This document shows positions 1-14,000 of a stretch of 64,000 nucleotides of DNA, piece after piece. The notes beneath the pieces are model-generated. The model was not told the DNA's origin and ran no database searches. It saw nothing but the letters and a program-made list of their open reading frames with translations. The first letter of the stretch is position 1, and the number at the start of each line of letters is the position of its first letter. Where the stretch lies: the NCBI RefSeq assembly GCF_004010195.1, contig NC_057758.1, forward strand, positions 2,108,029 to 2,172,028. The letters run 5' to 3'. The stretch is from Chiloscyllium plagiosum. Lineage: Eukaryota. The position numbers and the translations under genes are program-made.

Positions 1-320
1 ACTCAGTTTTGGAGAATCGAGGACTATAGAGCATCACTTGAAGTTTGGAGAGGCAAGAATCAAACAGCACTTGAAGAGAAAAGTTTTTTCACAGAGGTTG
101 TTATGCATATGGAATGAGCTGCCTGCGGAAGTTTTTGAGGTGGACACATTAACAGGATTTAAATAACATTTGGACAAATACATGGATAGGAAAGCAGTCA
201 AGGATGTGGGATAAGTGCAGAAAAATTGAGTTAGAGTTGACAGACATTTTGGTCGGCGTAAAGCAGTTTGAGCCAAAGCGTCTGTCTCCGTGCTGTCAGT
301 CTGTATTACTTTATAACTCT
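1..320 (+). mobile_element. CR1 (HER1-like) LINE 3' end
   Basis: FFSQRLL..WNELP-type ORF2 C-terminus, then the CR1 3' UTR (..tctgtctccgtgctgt..) and a short-repeat tail. Confidence 0.75.
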
Positions 321-2439
321 TTGAGGCTCATATACATCTACCCTGAACTTTGAGGACTTGGGAACCACATAATCTGAGCCTGTTCACAGTCAGATGAATG
401 AAACGGTCAGATTCTTTTAACTTACCGAATTAATGCTTCTGACTGCATGGGGATATTTGGCTGCCCCTTGAAGAGAAGGCAGAGATCCCAACACGGCAAC
501 TCATCACCTTTTGGATAAAATGCTTTTTTTTCATCCTTCGTGCGAAAGTGTAAATTTCAGTCTTCTCCCTTATGTTCCATTAATTAAATATTTATCCAGT
601 GCTTTCATATAGCGACATAATGTTGTAAACTCAAGTCCTCTTCAAAACGTTTTCACTAATGTTTGTGTCGCCAACAAAGTTTACAGTTCTATCTTCCATA
701 CGTTTATCTGAATTATCCCTATATATTATAAGTAATGTATGCACTAGCAGTTTGCATAGTTGCATGATACTCACTACATATTTGCAAACTGAACGAAATT
801 CATTTGTGCTTGCCCTGTTCTTCCAGTTCGCAACCGATTCTTCTCTTCGTCAAGTCAACCATCTGATAAATCTACGTTATGTTTTCATACATAGTCTCCA
901 ATGTAACAACGTTCAGCTGGTCGATGAACAATGCAGAAGAAGGCGGAATGTGATCTACCATTTGCGTTTTGTGGTATTACTACTTTGCCAGTTGTTTGGG
1001 TATTCTTAAACAAAATAATTCCAAATGTTTTCAGTTTTAAGGAGTTCTGAAATTATTAATATGAGTCCATCAGTTTCACATGCCCTGCCAGTGAAAGCAT
1101 TCTGAAAAAGTAATGCTGTCAAGTCCTCTTCGAGTTTCATACATTTCAATACCATTATCTCTCATTTCTTTATCTCAATTCATTATGATATCTCAAATTG
1201 CATGATATAATTGTAATTCAGCTTCATCAGTCTTAAAATCGCCCTGGTCAATATGGTCTTAAATATGTTCCTGATTAAATAAATTTTATTACTGTTAAGA
1301 ATAGAGCTATGCAATGCATTTACAGCTGCACTGAGAGAAGATTTTGCATTCATTGTCGTATAATTTTAAGCTCTGTATTTCGCTAATTCGTTCTCCAAAC
1401 CTTTGGTTTTTTTTTCCCTCTGCTTTTCTGGTTTTCTTAAACTCGCTGCTCAGCCATGTGATTGCTCCATTCACATAATGTTTCTCTATTTTGATTGTAC
1501 TTGTACGATTGTTTCTCTTTAAACGTAACTACTCATCCAATATCACGGAGTTTCAACATGACTGACAAACAAACGTTTTGTTTCCGTTTACTCTTTGTTG
1601 TATTATGTTAATTTTGTTAAGTTGTGCCATTTCATTGTTTCGACTTTTTGCATTGTTCAGCATGAAATTATTTTGAGTTGGCCTTTGACGTTCCCTGCCC
1701 GATTTACCGTATTTGGCATATAAATATCAAAGCTCACAGCATTTCTGCGTTTATTAATAGCTTTTCCATGACACTGAACCGAATGTCCGAAATTCAGGTC
1801 GTTTGTTTCTTGGTCGCTTGTTTGTCTTAATAGAATGTTGAGAACAGTTTTTCTTCTGATATTTTACAAAACTGGATGCGAAGTTGCATGTCAAGCTAGC
1901 GGACAATAAAAGTTACACTGAACTACAGAAATCAGAAGCAAAAATAGTGAAAGCTGCATTTACGCCTGTTGAACAGACAATCAGAAAGTGATACCAACAA
2001 TCTGTCCAGTGGTTTTACTTTAATTTATTTATCCCTTTACTGGCTTGCTTGCTTGCCAAGTTTTTTGTGTAACTGAGGCAGCAACCAGAGCTTTTTGAGT
2101 GATTTCATAGAGTAATTCGATTGTGCAATAGCTTGATTTCACTTTGACAATCACATTTTATTAATAAACATCCATGTTTTTTTTAAATTAAGCGACCAAC
2201 CAGTGATAAGAAGTGGCCTTCCTGATACCAGTTATTCGAGCCTCTTGTTTCAGAACCACTCGAATCAGGTTTAGGTATATTTAAAGGTTTTCAATTTACA
2301 GCATTGTGAATTATTGAGGGAGACTGGCTGATTTACATCTGTGAACTATCTCCACGTCGCAATTTTTTTACGAATTCATTTGAAGGAAATCATTTTCCTG
2401 AAAATAGTATTTAGACTTTGACCATTTCCTTCTGAGCTG

Positions 2440-2630
2440 GTGGTGGAGTCTCTGTCATCCAAATTCTACAAGTCTGAGCTGGATACAGTTCTATTGAGGA
2501 AATGTGTCAACAGTGGAAAGCGGCAGACAGCTCAGTGGAGCTGAGAACGTTAGTTATGACGCTATTGAATTAAACCAGCGGCTCGAAGGGCCAAAGAGTT
2601 TAAACCTTGCTCCTGGCTTCATATATTCTT
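2440..2630 (+). mobile_element. Degenerate CR1 3' end
   Basis: ggctcgaagggcc...ccttgctcctggcttc tail typical of a second CR1 subfamily. Confidence 0.5.
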
Positions 2631-2899
2631 CGGAATGCAAAGAATATTCTGATTGGAATTAATAATCATTTGAAGGAAGAGTAAGGTAAATATTATCATT
2701 TCCTCCAAACAAGGATTAGTCTCACTTCATGGAACACAAACTCGTTGCAATGTTGTCTATTTAAACGTCAAGGCGATGGCTCAGAGTGAAGTACAGATGA
2801 AAGATGAGTTCTCATAACAGGTAAAATAAGCTCATGTACTCAATCTTTTCATAATTACGAATTAATTCGCGTCAAAAAGCTTCATACCAACAACGCCAG

Positions 2900-5180
2900 A
2901 CCATGAATGGACAAGCATACTAGAATGAGCCATCAGCATTAAACAACAGAAACCAAGTAAAAAGTGAAAAAAAAACCTATCCCTGCAAGAAAATGTGGAC
3001 AAGTTCACACAAAAGAACAACAAAGACAATTCAGAAGCTTGGATTAAAAACCTCTTGGACTGATCAGTAACCGAAATGGAAAACGTTGTCCTGGTCAGTG
3101 GATCGATCTCCAACTACACAAAATAAAAGGATTTCTTAGCAACATTAGAATCAATCCTGACTCAGGGACTCAGAGAAGAAACCCAGCAAACCATCAGACA
3201 GTCACTTGCGGCAACAGTAAGCAATAAATAGGAAGGGAACACCTTTAGCACACAGGATAGTAAAACCCTCGAAGGACTCAGAAAAACAAACCAGAAACGT
3301 TGTAATTCTGCCTGCAAACAAAATGTGCATGACTGTCTACCGAAATAGAACACCGTACATTGGAAAGGCAAACTCACTGCTCGCAGATACCGACAGTTAC
3401 CAACAGGTGGCGGTAGACCCAACTCCATAGTTAGAAATCCGTATAACAGCGATAGTGAAGAAGCTTCAGAAATCAGGCCAAATAAGCAAGACAGATCGAC
3501 AAAATATAACACTTGTTGGATCCAACGCACTAGACTTTATGGATTAACTAAGGTACACAAATCAAGGGAACCCGGAGATCCACTGCCTGGCACACTGACA
3601 TGCAGACTACCAAAGGAACACTACCAATAACTGAAATACCTCATAGAAGACTCATGACGCTCTGCTCACTCCACCCAAGAATTCCTGAACATCATTAAAA
3701 ACACCAAGATAGAAGGTTTGAATCAGAGTCATATAAAGATGTGCAGCACGAAAATAGACCCTTCGCTTCAACTCATCCATGCCAACCAGATATCCCACCC
3801 CAATCTATTCCCAACTGCAAGTACCCAAGCCATATCCTTCCAAATCCTAACTATTCATCCAGTTTCCTTTTAAATGTTGATTTTGTAGTAGCCTCCACCA
3901 CTTCCTCTGACAGCCCATTCCACATATGCAACACCCTCTGTCTGAAAAAGGTTGTGCTTTAGGTCTCTTTTATATCTGTCTCCTCTCGCCCTAGACCTCT
4001 GTCCCCTAGTTCTGGACTATACCACCCCAGGGAAAAGACCTTGTCTATTCAAGCTCCTCATGATTTAATACACCTCTATAAGGTCACCACTCAGCCTCCA
4101 ACGGTCCAGTGAAAACAGCCGCAGCCTATTCAATTTCTCCTGATAGCTCAAATCTTTAACACTGGTCACATCCTTGCAAATTTTTTCTGAAACTTTTCAA
4201 GTTTCATAATGTCCTTCCGATAGGAAGAAAACCAGAATTGCCTGCAATATTCGAAAAATAGCTGAACCAATGGCCTGTACAGCTGCAACTGACATCCGAA
4301 CTCCTGTATTCAATACTCTGACCAATAAATTAAAGCACGCCAAACGCCTTCTTCACTGCCCTATCTACTTGCGACTCTGCATTCACGGAGATATGAACCT
4401 CAAATCAAAGGTCTCCTTTTTTCAGCAGCACTCCCTGGGACCTAAAAGTAATGGTCTATTTTTATGTAGCAGCCCTATTCACTTTAAATGTAATCAGCCT
4501 GGCCAAAGAAACACTGACTGCATGACTAGATGAAGCAAGGACACCAACACCAGACAGCATGAACTTCACCAGCAAGGACAAGATCCTCAAGCTAGTCGAA
4601 CTGTTCCTTACTACCCTCTTCACATTCAATGGCAAGGCATACAAACAAATCAAGGGAAGACCCATGGGATCATCAATATTAGTCTACTTAGCAGAGGCAG
4701 TAATGTAGACACTCGAAAGAGCAGTCCTCCACACCATCCAACCCAAACTTTGGGTCTGCTGCATGGATGACACCATTGTCACCACAAAGCGGAACAAACT
4801 AGAAGAAACTTACAAATCAATGGAACACTCATGGGATCACCAATATCAGGCTTTTCAGCAGAAGCAGTAGTGTGAAGGCTTGAACGAACAGGCCTCCCCA
4901 CAATCCAACTAAAACTTTGCAACCGCTATGTGAATTACACCATTGTCATCACAAAGCGAAAAATTTAGAGGAAACCTACAAAATCATCAAGAACATCCTT
5001 ACTAACATATATTTCACAAAATAGGAGAAGAACAGCACCAGACACTCATGCCCAGATGTCACAGTGTAATTAACAGTTAATGGATAAACGCAGACCAGGT
5101 TCCAGAGGAAAGCAACACACTTAGACCAGATAATTAACTACGAAAGCAATCATCTCAACAAGAGCAAGCAGAAGTGAACG
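2900..5180 (+). mobile_element. Penelope-like element RT region, degenerate, interrupted by a CR1
   Basis: RLYGLTKVHK (~3530), FTFNGKAYKQIKGRPMGS (~4620) and (R)YVNYT/..DDT motifs; many stops. Confidence 0.8.
3722..4440 (-). mobile_element. CR1 LINE 3' fragment inserted in the PLE
   Basis: Reverse complement of the CR1 ORF2 end and 3' UTR; same family as 24860-28260. Confidence 0.8.
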
Positions 5181-5185
5181 AACAC

Positions 5186-5470
5186 AGTAGAGGCGACGGC
5201 CTAGTGGTATTATGGCTCGATTATTAATCCAGGAAAATAGCATAATTTTCTGGAGACCTGTGTTCCAATTCAGCTACAACAGATAGTCGAATATGAACTC
5301 AATAAAATGTATCTAGAATAAAGAGTCGACTGATGCCATGAAGCAATTGTCGAAAAAGTAACAACCTGTGTCACTAATGTCCTTTCAGAGTGGAAGTCTG
5401 CCATCCTTACCTGGTCTTGCGTACATGAGACTCCAGAGTCACTGCAATGTGGTTGACTGCAAACTGTGTC
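5186..5470 (+). mobile_element. Deu-domain SINE (SacSINE1-like)
   Basis: tRNA-like head and central cactaatgtcctt..ctgccatccttacctggtct..gactccaga..gcaatgtggttgact, matching the recalled DeuSINE core. Confidence 0.65.
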
Positions 5471-5499
5471 TGAACTGACCGAGCCATGTATGAAAATGC

Positions 5500-6950
5500 T
5501 AGAAAGTCACAATAACGGCAGAGGTGGTGGTACGGTGGAATGCAGTCGGCCGGGAGTTGTCTTGGGAGTCCTTAACGTCAACTCGGGGACCCATGAAATT
5601 TCATGTTTTCCGTTTAACCATGTGCAAGGAAAGATTTTACTGGTTATGACGTTCTATCCTCCTTTGGCTGACGAATCTGCACTCTACCATGTTGAACAAC
5701 ACTTCGAGGAAGCATTTCGGGTCGGAATGACGCAGTGTGTACTCTGCGTGAGTATTTCAATGTACACTATCATGAGTCGATCGGCAGCGGCATTACCGTT
5801 CGAGCTGATCGGGTCCAAAAGAATGTAACTGCTAGAATAGGTCTGCGACAGGTGATGAAGCAGCTAACAAAAGGAAAAAGTACACTTGTCCTAATGTTTA
5901 GTAATCTGCCGGCTGCAGAAGCATCTGTCTATGATATTATAGGTAAATGCGACGAGCGGACTGCCCTTAACGAGACGACATCCCCCTTCACATTGAGAAT
6001 AACTACCAATGCATCGCGTGGCATTATCACCATGCTAAATGGGAAGACTTCTAACCCATCTAGCAGTATAAGACAGGCCATCCATGAGGCGCTGTCAGCT
6101 ATGAACAGCAAAAGAACGGTACTGCAGCACAATCATCAAGCCAGGAGATCAACTCTTGTCATTCGAGAGTTCATTACGACATGCCAGGGGCAGCACTGGG
6201 CATACCCAAACATGAGCTGTCATCCTGGTTAAGCTACTGATAACGGCGTAAACAGCAAGTGATAGACAGATCGAGGCGATGCCAACGGATCAGGTCTGAG
6301 TTCTGCAGTCCTTCCGCATCCATCATTAATGCTGGGCAATTAAACAACTCCATGGAGGAAGAGGGTCCACAAATAACCCAATCCTCAATGATGAAGGAGC
6401 CCAGAAAATCATTGAAAAAGATGAGGCTGATACAATCGCTCCAATCTTTGTTCAGAAGTACCGAGTGGATGCTCCATCTCGGGCTCCTCCAGTGTGTCTC
6501 AGAATTGCAGATACCAATCTGCAGACAATTCTATCTACTTCTCATGATACCAAGAAAGGGCTGGAGACAATGGGTATTGCAAGGGCAATTCACCTGCTAA
6601 CATTCCGGCAATAGTACTGAAGACGTGTGATCCAGAACTTGCTGCTCCCTTAGCCAAACTCTTCCAGTAGAGTTACAACACTGGCATCTACCCTACAAGT
6701 GGTAAGTTGCCCAGGTATGTAGTGTACACAAAATGCAGGAGAAATCCATACTGGTCAATGACCATCCAATCAGTCTACTTTTCATCATCAGTAATGTGAT
6801 GGAAGCGGAATCATAAAATGTGCTATCAAGCAGCACTTGTTCAGTAATAACCTGCTCACTGATGCCCAGTTTGGATTTCGCCAGGGTCACACAGCTCCGG
6901 ATCAAATTACAGACTTGATTCAAATATGGACAAAAGATAAGCCTGTAAGA
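5500..6950 (+). mobile_element. L2/CR1-group LINE ORF2 fragment (APE endonuclease to RT start)
   Basis: GGGTV, TFYPP, FNVH, GLRQVMKQLTKGKSTLVL and later QFGFRQGH motifs; frameshifted. Confidence 0.75.
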
Positions 6951-6954
6951 TGAC

Positions 6955-7990
6955 TCGCTGTGTTGAAGGTATGTTTTCTGGCGTTTCGTCACCATGCTGG
7001 GGAACATCATCAGTGAGGGTCTCTGCTGAACGCTGGTAATATGCCCCGCCTCTCTATTTATAGGTATTGGTTTCTTAATGTGGCGAAGTCATTTCAGGTT
7101 GATTTTTCAAGGAAAAGTACATAGAACATAAGTCGCGTATTTATTGATGGAGTTCTGATTAGAATGCCATGCCTCTAAAATTATTGTGCGTGTCTTTGCT
7201 TGATCTGTCCGATGTTGTGCGTGTGTTCCCAGTGAAAGTGTTGTCCTGCTTTGTTTGTAAGGATGGCAACTAGTTAGAGTGGATTGAGTCTTTGGGTGGC
7301 CAGTTCGTAGTCATGTATCCTGGTGGCATGTTTGTCCGATGTAGTGTTTTTTAACAATTCTTGATTGGTATCTTTAAAATGTTTTGCTGGTGGCACCTAA
7401 TGGAGCGTTCAAGTTCATTAGTCGCCGTTTAAGAATGTTGGAAAGTTTGTGCGTTACCATGATGCTAAGGGGTCTGAGTAGTCTGAAAGTCATTTCTGAT
7501 ATGTCTTTGATGTAAGGTAATGAGGTTATACTTTTTGGTTGCGTTGTGCCTACTTGATTATGTTTCTTTCTGTGGAATGAACGGATGGTCTTTATTCAGT
7601 ACCCGTTTTTCTTGAAAAAGTTGCACAGGTATTTATCTTCTAGTTTTGTAGTTCTTGGGTGCTGCTGTGTGAGGAAGCACGTTGAAATAAGTCTTCATGC
7701 CATTCCGTTTGTGGGTGTTGGGGTGTTTGCTTCTTAACTTAGGTATTTGGTCCGTGTGTGTTCTTTTTCTGTAGACGCTGAATTGAAGCTCTCCATTCAA
7801 CTTTCACGTCCAGGAATGGGAGTCTGTGGTCGTTCGCCTCCTATTTGTGAATTTTTATGCCTGCCAGGATATTGTTGATGGTGTTGTATGTTTCCACTAA
7901 GTTGTTCCATTTTATGATGATGAAGGTGTAATCTACGCCACTTACCCAAAGTTTGGTTGGATAGATTGGTGAAACCACGTTTTAGATTGT
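6955..7990 (-). mobile_element. Penelope-like element 3' half (RT end, GIY-YIG region, terminal hammerhead)
   Basis: The minus strand continues the same family as 2900-5180 and ends in a hammerhead-like terminus. Confidence 0.75.
6978..7016 (-). ncRNA. Minimal hammerhead ribozyme motif (degenerate) at PLE terminus
   Basis: Minus strand reads ca-CTGATGA-t-gttcccCAGCATggtgac-GAAAC-GCC. The cleavage triplet is GCC instead of GTC. Confidence 0.6.
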
Positions 7991-8409
7991 TGTTCTGCCT
8001 GCTGTTCTGTTCTACCTGTTATATGAAGAATTTGGTTAGCGTGATAGGATTCAGAAACGATTTGCAAGAACGGTGCTGGGTTTGGAAGGTTTCAGATGTA
8101 ATGAGAAGCTGAATGGACTGTAGCTATTTCATGACCCCTTAAATGTCTAGAGTTAAGGAAATTGAATTAAAGCAAAGGATCAATTTTATTAACGCTATTA
8201 AATCGGAAGAAGAGCAGTGATGTCTTACATTGGTCGTACATTTTCTTTGAAACTGAAATGAATGACAAACATACATTTGTAAATTAAAGTCATTATTTAA
8301 TGCATAAACTTGGAAAATAATAAGCAGACGTGAACCACACCTGAGTAGGAGCATAGCTGTGAAGGACTGTTGCACCTTATAAGCTGAGGATAACATTTGA
8401 TACCAAAAA

Positions 8410-9600
8410 AATCAACAAAATATTCGTGGATCCCAGAAATCTGAAAGGAAAATGTATATTGCTGGAAAAATATCAGTAAGTCTTGCAGCATCTATGAGGT
8501 CGAATCGTAGCTAATGTTTCGTGTTCAGTAGCCCTTTTTCAGAACTAATGTTAGTTAGAAAATGAAAGCTTCTGTCCAGAAGATATGGTGGGTGAGGGAA
8601 CAGAGCAAACGAAGAATGGACAGAGAGAAACGGAGTGAAAAATAGTTGGACAGACAAACGTGTGTTCAAAAGTCAGTCTCAGGGAATGAAAATCTTGTAA
8701 TGGGGACTGTGAGTGGCTGACAATTGGTAGTGTTAGGAAGCTGCCCATGTGATAACAAGGCTGGGTGTGCGTGATTGGGAGAAAACATGTCAAAAACTGC
8801 TCAACCCCTAAAATTGTCGATCGCGATATGAAGGCCAGTAGCCTGCAGAGTTCCCATGTGGAAAATGGGCTGCAGTCCTTTCAAATTGAGCTAAGCTGCG
8901 CTGGAGCAATGAAACTTAACTGTTACAGAGATGTTTTCCACGAACATAATCTTATGTTAAAGTGGCAATCAACAGGAATCTCAGGCTCATTTATTCATTT
9001 GTGGACAGAAGGTCGGTATTCCAAAAATGGTCACCTAATCTGAAGTTTGTTTCCACAATGTCAATCGGAACAAATAGAGAGCAGAGAATAGAGTGATTAA
9101 ATGAAGTGAAGGTAGAGCCGGGTGTATCTGGAGTCATGGCTGGTGAAGAGTGAGAGAATTAACAGGCAGGAGTTACACCTTAGGCAATTGAAGGAGATGC
9201 GCTGCGAGGCTGTTGCGTCGTTTTGGGTGTGAGGAAGGAGTGGAACACGGTATACCAAAAACGAACTGCAATTAGGGATGTCGGGAGGCAAATACATTTC
9301 TGGTGGCGGCATCCCATTGGCTAATCATCTTATGAATATAAATGCTCGTAGAATGGTAATGGGAGGGAAGATGGGGGAAAAGGTTTGAAGTAGGAGAGCT
9401 TTGGCGGATACAACTTAGGACCCGTCAACCACAGCACTGGGTAACCTTTGATTGGGAAAAGAGGTGCAAAGTTCGGTGGCCCCAATCAATATTCGTGTCA
9501 CTCGAACAGATGTGACAGAGACAAAGCAACTGGCTGAATGGAACGGTGGCCTGAAATTAACCAGCTTTAAGAATATATAGTCAAGAAAACTGCGGCAGTT
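8410..9600 (-). mobile_element. Old Penelope-like element fragment (second family)
   Basis: gctggaaaaa..cagcatct terminus and a degenerate GIY-YIG region, similar in layout to 37449-38462. Confidence 0.55.
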
Positions 9601-11049
9601 AAAAGCTTTATACTGAGTTTTGAGAGCTCAAAAACTTCTCACTCTTGAATTTTACAGTCATTCATGATCACAAGATTCGTCCTCAAAGAAGTTACTGTAC
9701 AGAGAAAAACGTGATAGCGATGAAATCATGTGGAATATAACAGATGCTGAACACTAATAGTGCGACCAGAGAATTTCCTGATAGATGAAGTTGATGGCAC
9801 TTGCTTTTTGAGAAAATATAAATGTTTTAGCGATGTACGCAGCAGGTGCAAATGCCTCAGTTGTATCTTGTTTCGTTGAATGAAGTGACATGGCAATCGA
9901 TGTGGTTCTCCATCGAATCTGTTCTGATGAAACATGCTGTGAGCAAACATCGGCTTAAGTGCAGACAGATCTTGTAAAGAATTCATATCATGTAGTATTG
10001 TCTTTTCCGTGGAACAGAATGCCTTACCGAGAGGAAGATGGACATTCATAATGCAAAATAATCAGAGGAAAATGGTTGTTTATTACATAATCACATAAAA
10101 GCTGGAATAACTACTGACTCTTAAATAGTCTCTGGAAAGCTGCAGTGAATGGACAAACTGATAGCTGAGATTGGGAGGCAATGATTTTATTAACTGCAAG
10201 CCAAATGATATAGTCCAAGGAAGACCCCTTATCATTTCAAGAAGTAGCCCGGACCCTAACTTTGCGCGGTGTTTTAAGCAAATGTACAGTGGATATTCCA
10301 GAGCTGATGCATTTTGTCAACCACTTAGTTTTAAACAAAGTAATATTTATTCGTATATTTACAGAAATAAACAGAAATGAAAGAGAATGGAATACCGAAA
10401 AACTTAACGTTTCTGAAAGCCCAACGGATTACTGCAAATTAATGATGCTATTACAATGACAACAACTCATATGAGCACCCATTGGCTCAAAAGTAAAAAT
10501 CAGCAACAGATTCTTCCAGGGAGGGAGTGAGATGGCAGAATGGAACATCTTCTTTTATATAGCTATTTTTTGGAGCTGCATTCTCAAAACTTAACGACTG
10601 CTTTCAGTGAACAGTTAGACTGCTAATAAAATCAAGCCAAAACAAAGAACGCCTGAGGTGGGAGAACGCTCCCTCCCCTTTCATTGTACAAATCTTCTCT
10701 TTTTTTTAATCTTTAAAGCGTTTTGCCTGAAGCAGTGTCCATTAGCGATAATCAAATTAGTGTAAAATCCATTCAAGACAGACGTCTTGGAATCGCTGCT
10801 ATTACAATCTCTCTGAAAGAAAGGACATTATAACTTGATTGAAGCCGCAGCATTTTCGCATCTCACCCCTTACAAAAGGATCCATCAATGTCCAAACATG
10901 GCTTCATTTCAAAACCCCTGAATTCCAATTGTTGATACGCTACAACGTACATGGGCATAACTTTGACTATAAACATGTAAACATGCACAGCTAAATTCTA
11001 TTTCATTCCTCTCACTCCTGCCACTGAATGCCACCGTATCTCATTCAAG

Positions 11050-14000
11050 TCTCGACAATGCTTCAGCAATCACTTTTTCTCGTCTTGCCACATGCACAAT
11101 TGACAAATTGAATGGCTGTAACAATAAGTTCCATCAATACAATCACGCATTTTTTGTCCTTAGATTATTCCATTAACCTCGACGGGTTATGATCAGTGCA
11201 TATGGTTGTTTCAGATACATTAATTTTAACATAAAGAGTGAAATGTTATAACATCACCACCAAGTTAATAAGTTCCTTCTCAATTGTTGAATATTTCTAA
11301 GGATAATTGTTCAATCTCCTGGAGAAATGCCCGATAGGTCCGTCTGTCTTTGTGTAGTCTTCTTGCCAAAGCATAGCTCAACACTTGCAACGATAGTCAA
11401 CTTGAATGGCTGTGCCTAATTAGTTGTGGCTTATACTGGAACAGTGGTTGACACAGCTTTCAGACTGTCAAATACCTTCTGACAACCCTCTGCCCACTGA
11501 AACCTCTTGCCTTTTGTGAGCAATTCAGTGAGTTCGGTGCGAGCTTTCGACTAAATGCAACCATTCCTAGAAATCGTAGCCATGCTCATTTTGTTGATGG
11601 TTCTGGAAACTTGTGAATTACGTTTGTTTTCGCATTTCATGGGGCTATGTGTCCAGGTCCAATAACGAAGTCCTGGATAGCTTGTCACCAAGTTTGTCTT
11701 CCAAACTCGATCGAATAAGTCTGATAAATGTTGCAAATATTCCTTCCATGTATGACTAAAAATTACCAAGTAATCAATATATGCGACACAAGTAGGTAAT
11801 ACGGCAATCACCTTATTGGTTAATCCCTGAAATGTGGCTGACACTTTTTTTCATATGAAACGGTGTGACTTTCCATTGATACAGTCCATTTAGCGTTACA
11901 AAGGACAAAATCTGCGTCTTTCTTCGGACGTAGGTACTTGCCAGCATCCCTTGTGTAAGTCTAACTTAGAAATATAAGTTGCTTGTCAGTACCTTTTAAT
12001 ACCATCTTGAAAACCCGGTATTGGGTATGTATCAGACTTTCAGACTGCATGAAATTTGCGATAATCCATACAGTTTATCAACTGGTTGTGGTACCATTAT
12101 TCTGGATGAGCTCCAGTCACAGTTACTGACTTCTGTTAAGCTGGCTTGCAGCATGATTTCAATTTCCTTTTAAACCTGTGCCAACGTTAGCGGGTTATGC
12201 CTATTGTTGAGACAAGGGATTTTTCTCCTCCTTAATTTATAGCCAGCAATACAGAAAATAGTTATCCCGTGCAGAAATCTGTAAGAATTCGTTGGTTCGA
12301 TCCAACGTTACTTTGTTAACCATTTTTGAGTACACTTGGTGCTGGGTCCGGTAGTTCTGTTGCTTTTAACTCTCTTAAAAGTATACCTACTTCTACATAA
12401 CATTATTAGGCTGTTGCCTAATCTGATAAGCATCTTCTGTACCTGCGTTACACCTAATTAGGTTATTACATCCCAACTTATTTCCACGGATCTCACCATG
12501 TGATTTTCATAATTATTTCAGGTTTTTCTGATTTTACTCTGGGAGAAAACTCAATAATTCATTATAATTTTGACAAACTCATCATTGTAAAATTTAATTA
12601 AATAAATGTCTATTTCAGATTCTGGTACACTTAGTTATTCCCTCTGTGGTGTAATCAACGACACAGTCTCCTCTGGCTTTCATTCCCTGTGAAAATAAGC
12701 ACTCCGTGAGATTTCCTTCTGACTGCAGACCTTATCAAACAGTTCACCTCACTTCATTTCCTTCCACGTATCATTGGAAGGAGTCTTAACACCTAATCCC
12801 TGATAGAACGTTGTGAGTTTTTGATTTCTTGTCTGCTTCCTGTTTCTTTGTATGCTGTCATGCCTTTAAACACCGGTAACCAACTTCCCCTCTCCATTTA
12901 ATTTTTCACTAAAATGTGAAGCAAAGTCTAAATCTGTTGTCTCTGTTGCTCCTCACTCAATTTTTGCCGTCATCTCACTTCATTTGCAAAAAAAAAACAC
13001 AAATAAACTGAATTTGGTCGATTATTTTTATGCATCTTTGATCGCAAAGAAGTTCAGACGGAATTCCCTTATCCCAACCGTCTGGACGATCTTCACTATA
13101 ACTCCTCAATGTGATATTGAATGTGCAATGAAAAAACTTTATATCCCTCCCTACGACTCTGCATGTTTCGCAGTAAAATAAAAGAATTGTTTTATTCCTA
13201 AACTGTCCATGATTCCTTCGCTAATTTTGAGGTAAATGTCAGCCCTTCATCGCATTGTATCTCTATGGGTAGCCCTATCACGTCAAAATTTTGTTCATCT
13301 CCTTTACAATCATTTTAGCTACAATATTGCATAATGGAACAACCTCTGGAAATCTCGTGGAACCATCAATATTTGTCAACAATTACAGATTAGCACTTTT
13401 TGTTTGAGGTAGAGATCCTGCACAATCAATTTAGTCTCGTGTAGAAGATTCATCAGATGCAGAATAGGTATTTACGCTGTGGGTTTATTACTGTCTCTGG
13501 TTTTCTAATTACCTGACATTTATGACATGTCTCGCAAAATTCCGCTACATTCTTGTGCATTCCAGGCCTGGAAAAATCGATTTTGTATTTCAGTTTGAAT
13601 CTTGCTCACAAGTAAATGACCCCCTTGTGGTACCTCATTTGCCACTCGCAACACCATCCCATGACCCGTTGCCAATTTGGCATGAAGCACGTCTGCCCAT
13701 GTCTCATCTGCCTGACATGGGATTGTGTCTGTTTCCTCATTGACGAATCGTTTTTAATGATAACAATATTCAGCGATATAGTCAGAGTGTTTTTCCATGA
13801 ATGCCGTTTGATACAATTGCTTCAAACGCTGGTATTTCTGCTGTAAATCAGTTAATTTATCGGAGTTAAACATGTCCGCTGTGTCTTCTATCTGCGTCCG
13901 ATTTGTGTCAGTCATTTGATTAAACAGGTTCTCCCCTAATTGCATTTCAACCTCCTAAATATAATCTTTGATATCTCCGGTTTCAACCGGTAACTTGGTG

